A stretch of DNA of 44,844 nt, taken from Acidimicrobiales bacterium (GTDB taxonomy: Bacteria > Actinomycetota > Acidimicrobiia > Acidimicrobiales > CAIXPF01). Below the pieces are notes generated by a model. The model made no database searches. It saw only the letters and a list, made by a program, of their open reading frames with translations, and had not been told where the DNA came from. Numbering within the stretch: position 1 is the stretch's first letter; every line of letters starts with the position of its first letter. Made by a program: the position numbers and the translations under genes. Below are positions 44,711 through 44,844 of the stretch, in pieces. Location: assembly GCA_046153015.1 (NCBI GenBank), contig JBJXGF010000097.1:1-44844 (forward strand), given 5' to 3'.

Positions 44711-44844
44711 GCAGGCAAGCGGGATCGATCTGATGCGCCGGCGCATCGAGCGCGCGAGCCGCCAGGCGCCGCCCAGCCGGCACCCACGCGAGGAGCCGGA
44801 CGGGGCCGATGACGCGCCGGCGGCGCGGGAGGCTCCTGCGGTCG
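44703..44844 (+). CDS. N-terminus of a probable ParA partner protein, truncated by the window end
   Basis: GGAGG-6 nt-GTG overlapping the parA end. The frame VAEQASGIDLMRRRIERASRQAPP... stays open to the window edge. Confidence 0.55.
   Translation, partial: MAEQASGIDLMRRRIERASRQAPPSRHPREEPDGADDAPAAREAPAV

Overview
This is very GC-rich DNA with an actinobacterial gene set; a Thermoleophilia-like source is an inference from gene content only. The window is densely coding, with about 43 CDS. From left to right it holds: two tandem acetoacetate-decarboxylase-fold paralogs; a TRAP transporter and an EamA exporter; a full F420 biosynthesis set (cofD-cofC-cofE plus an FprA-like reductase, convergent with cofG and an N-terminally extended cofH); an IclR-linked CoA-dependent catabolic gene set (MenB/BadI-like crotonase, acyl-CoA dehydrogenase, MaoC, SDRs, GMC oxidoreductase, ALDHs, CoA ligase, an Ltp2-like thiolase/DUF35 pair and a PhlACB-like HMGS/thiolase/DUF35 trio); a degenerate sirtuin; a stand-alone ilvB flanked by two paralogous small acidic proteins, one of which starts at CTG and is missing from the ORF track; a CbbQ/NorQ AAA+ ATPase with a split CbbO/NorD-like partner but no Rubisco or NOR genes; and a plasmid-type replication module (ten GGGGTA-N5-CTCGC iteron-like repeats, an AT-rich patch, rep, parA and a partner gene). 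Several genes appear to initiate at CTG. All family calls come from motif recognition by eye; no searches were run.
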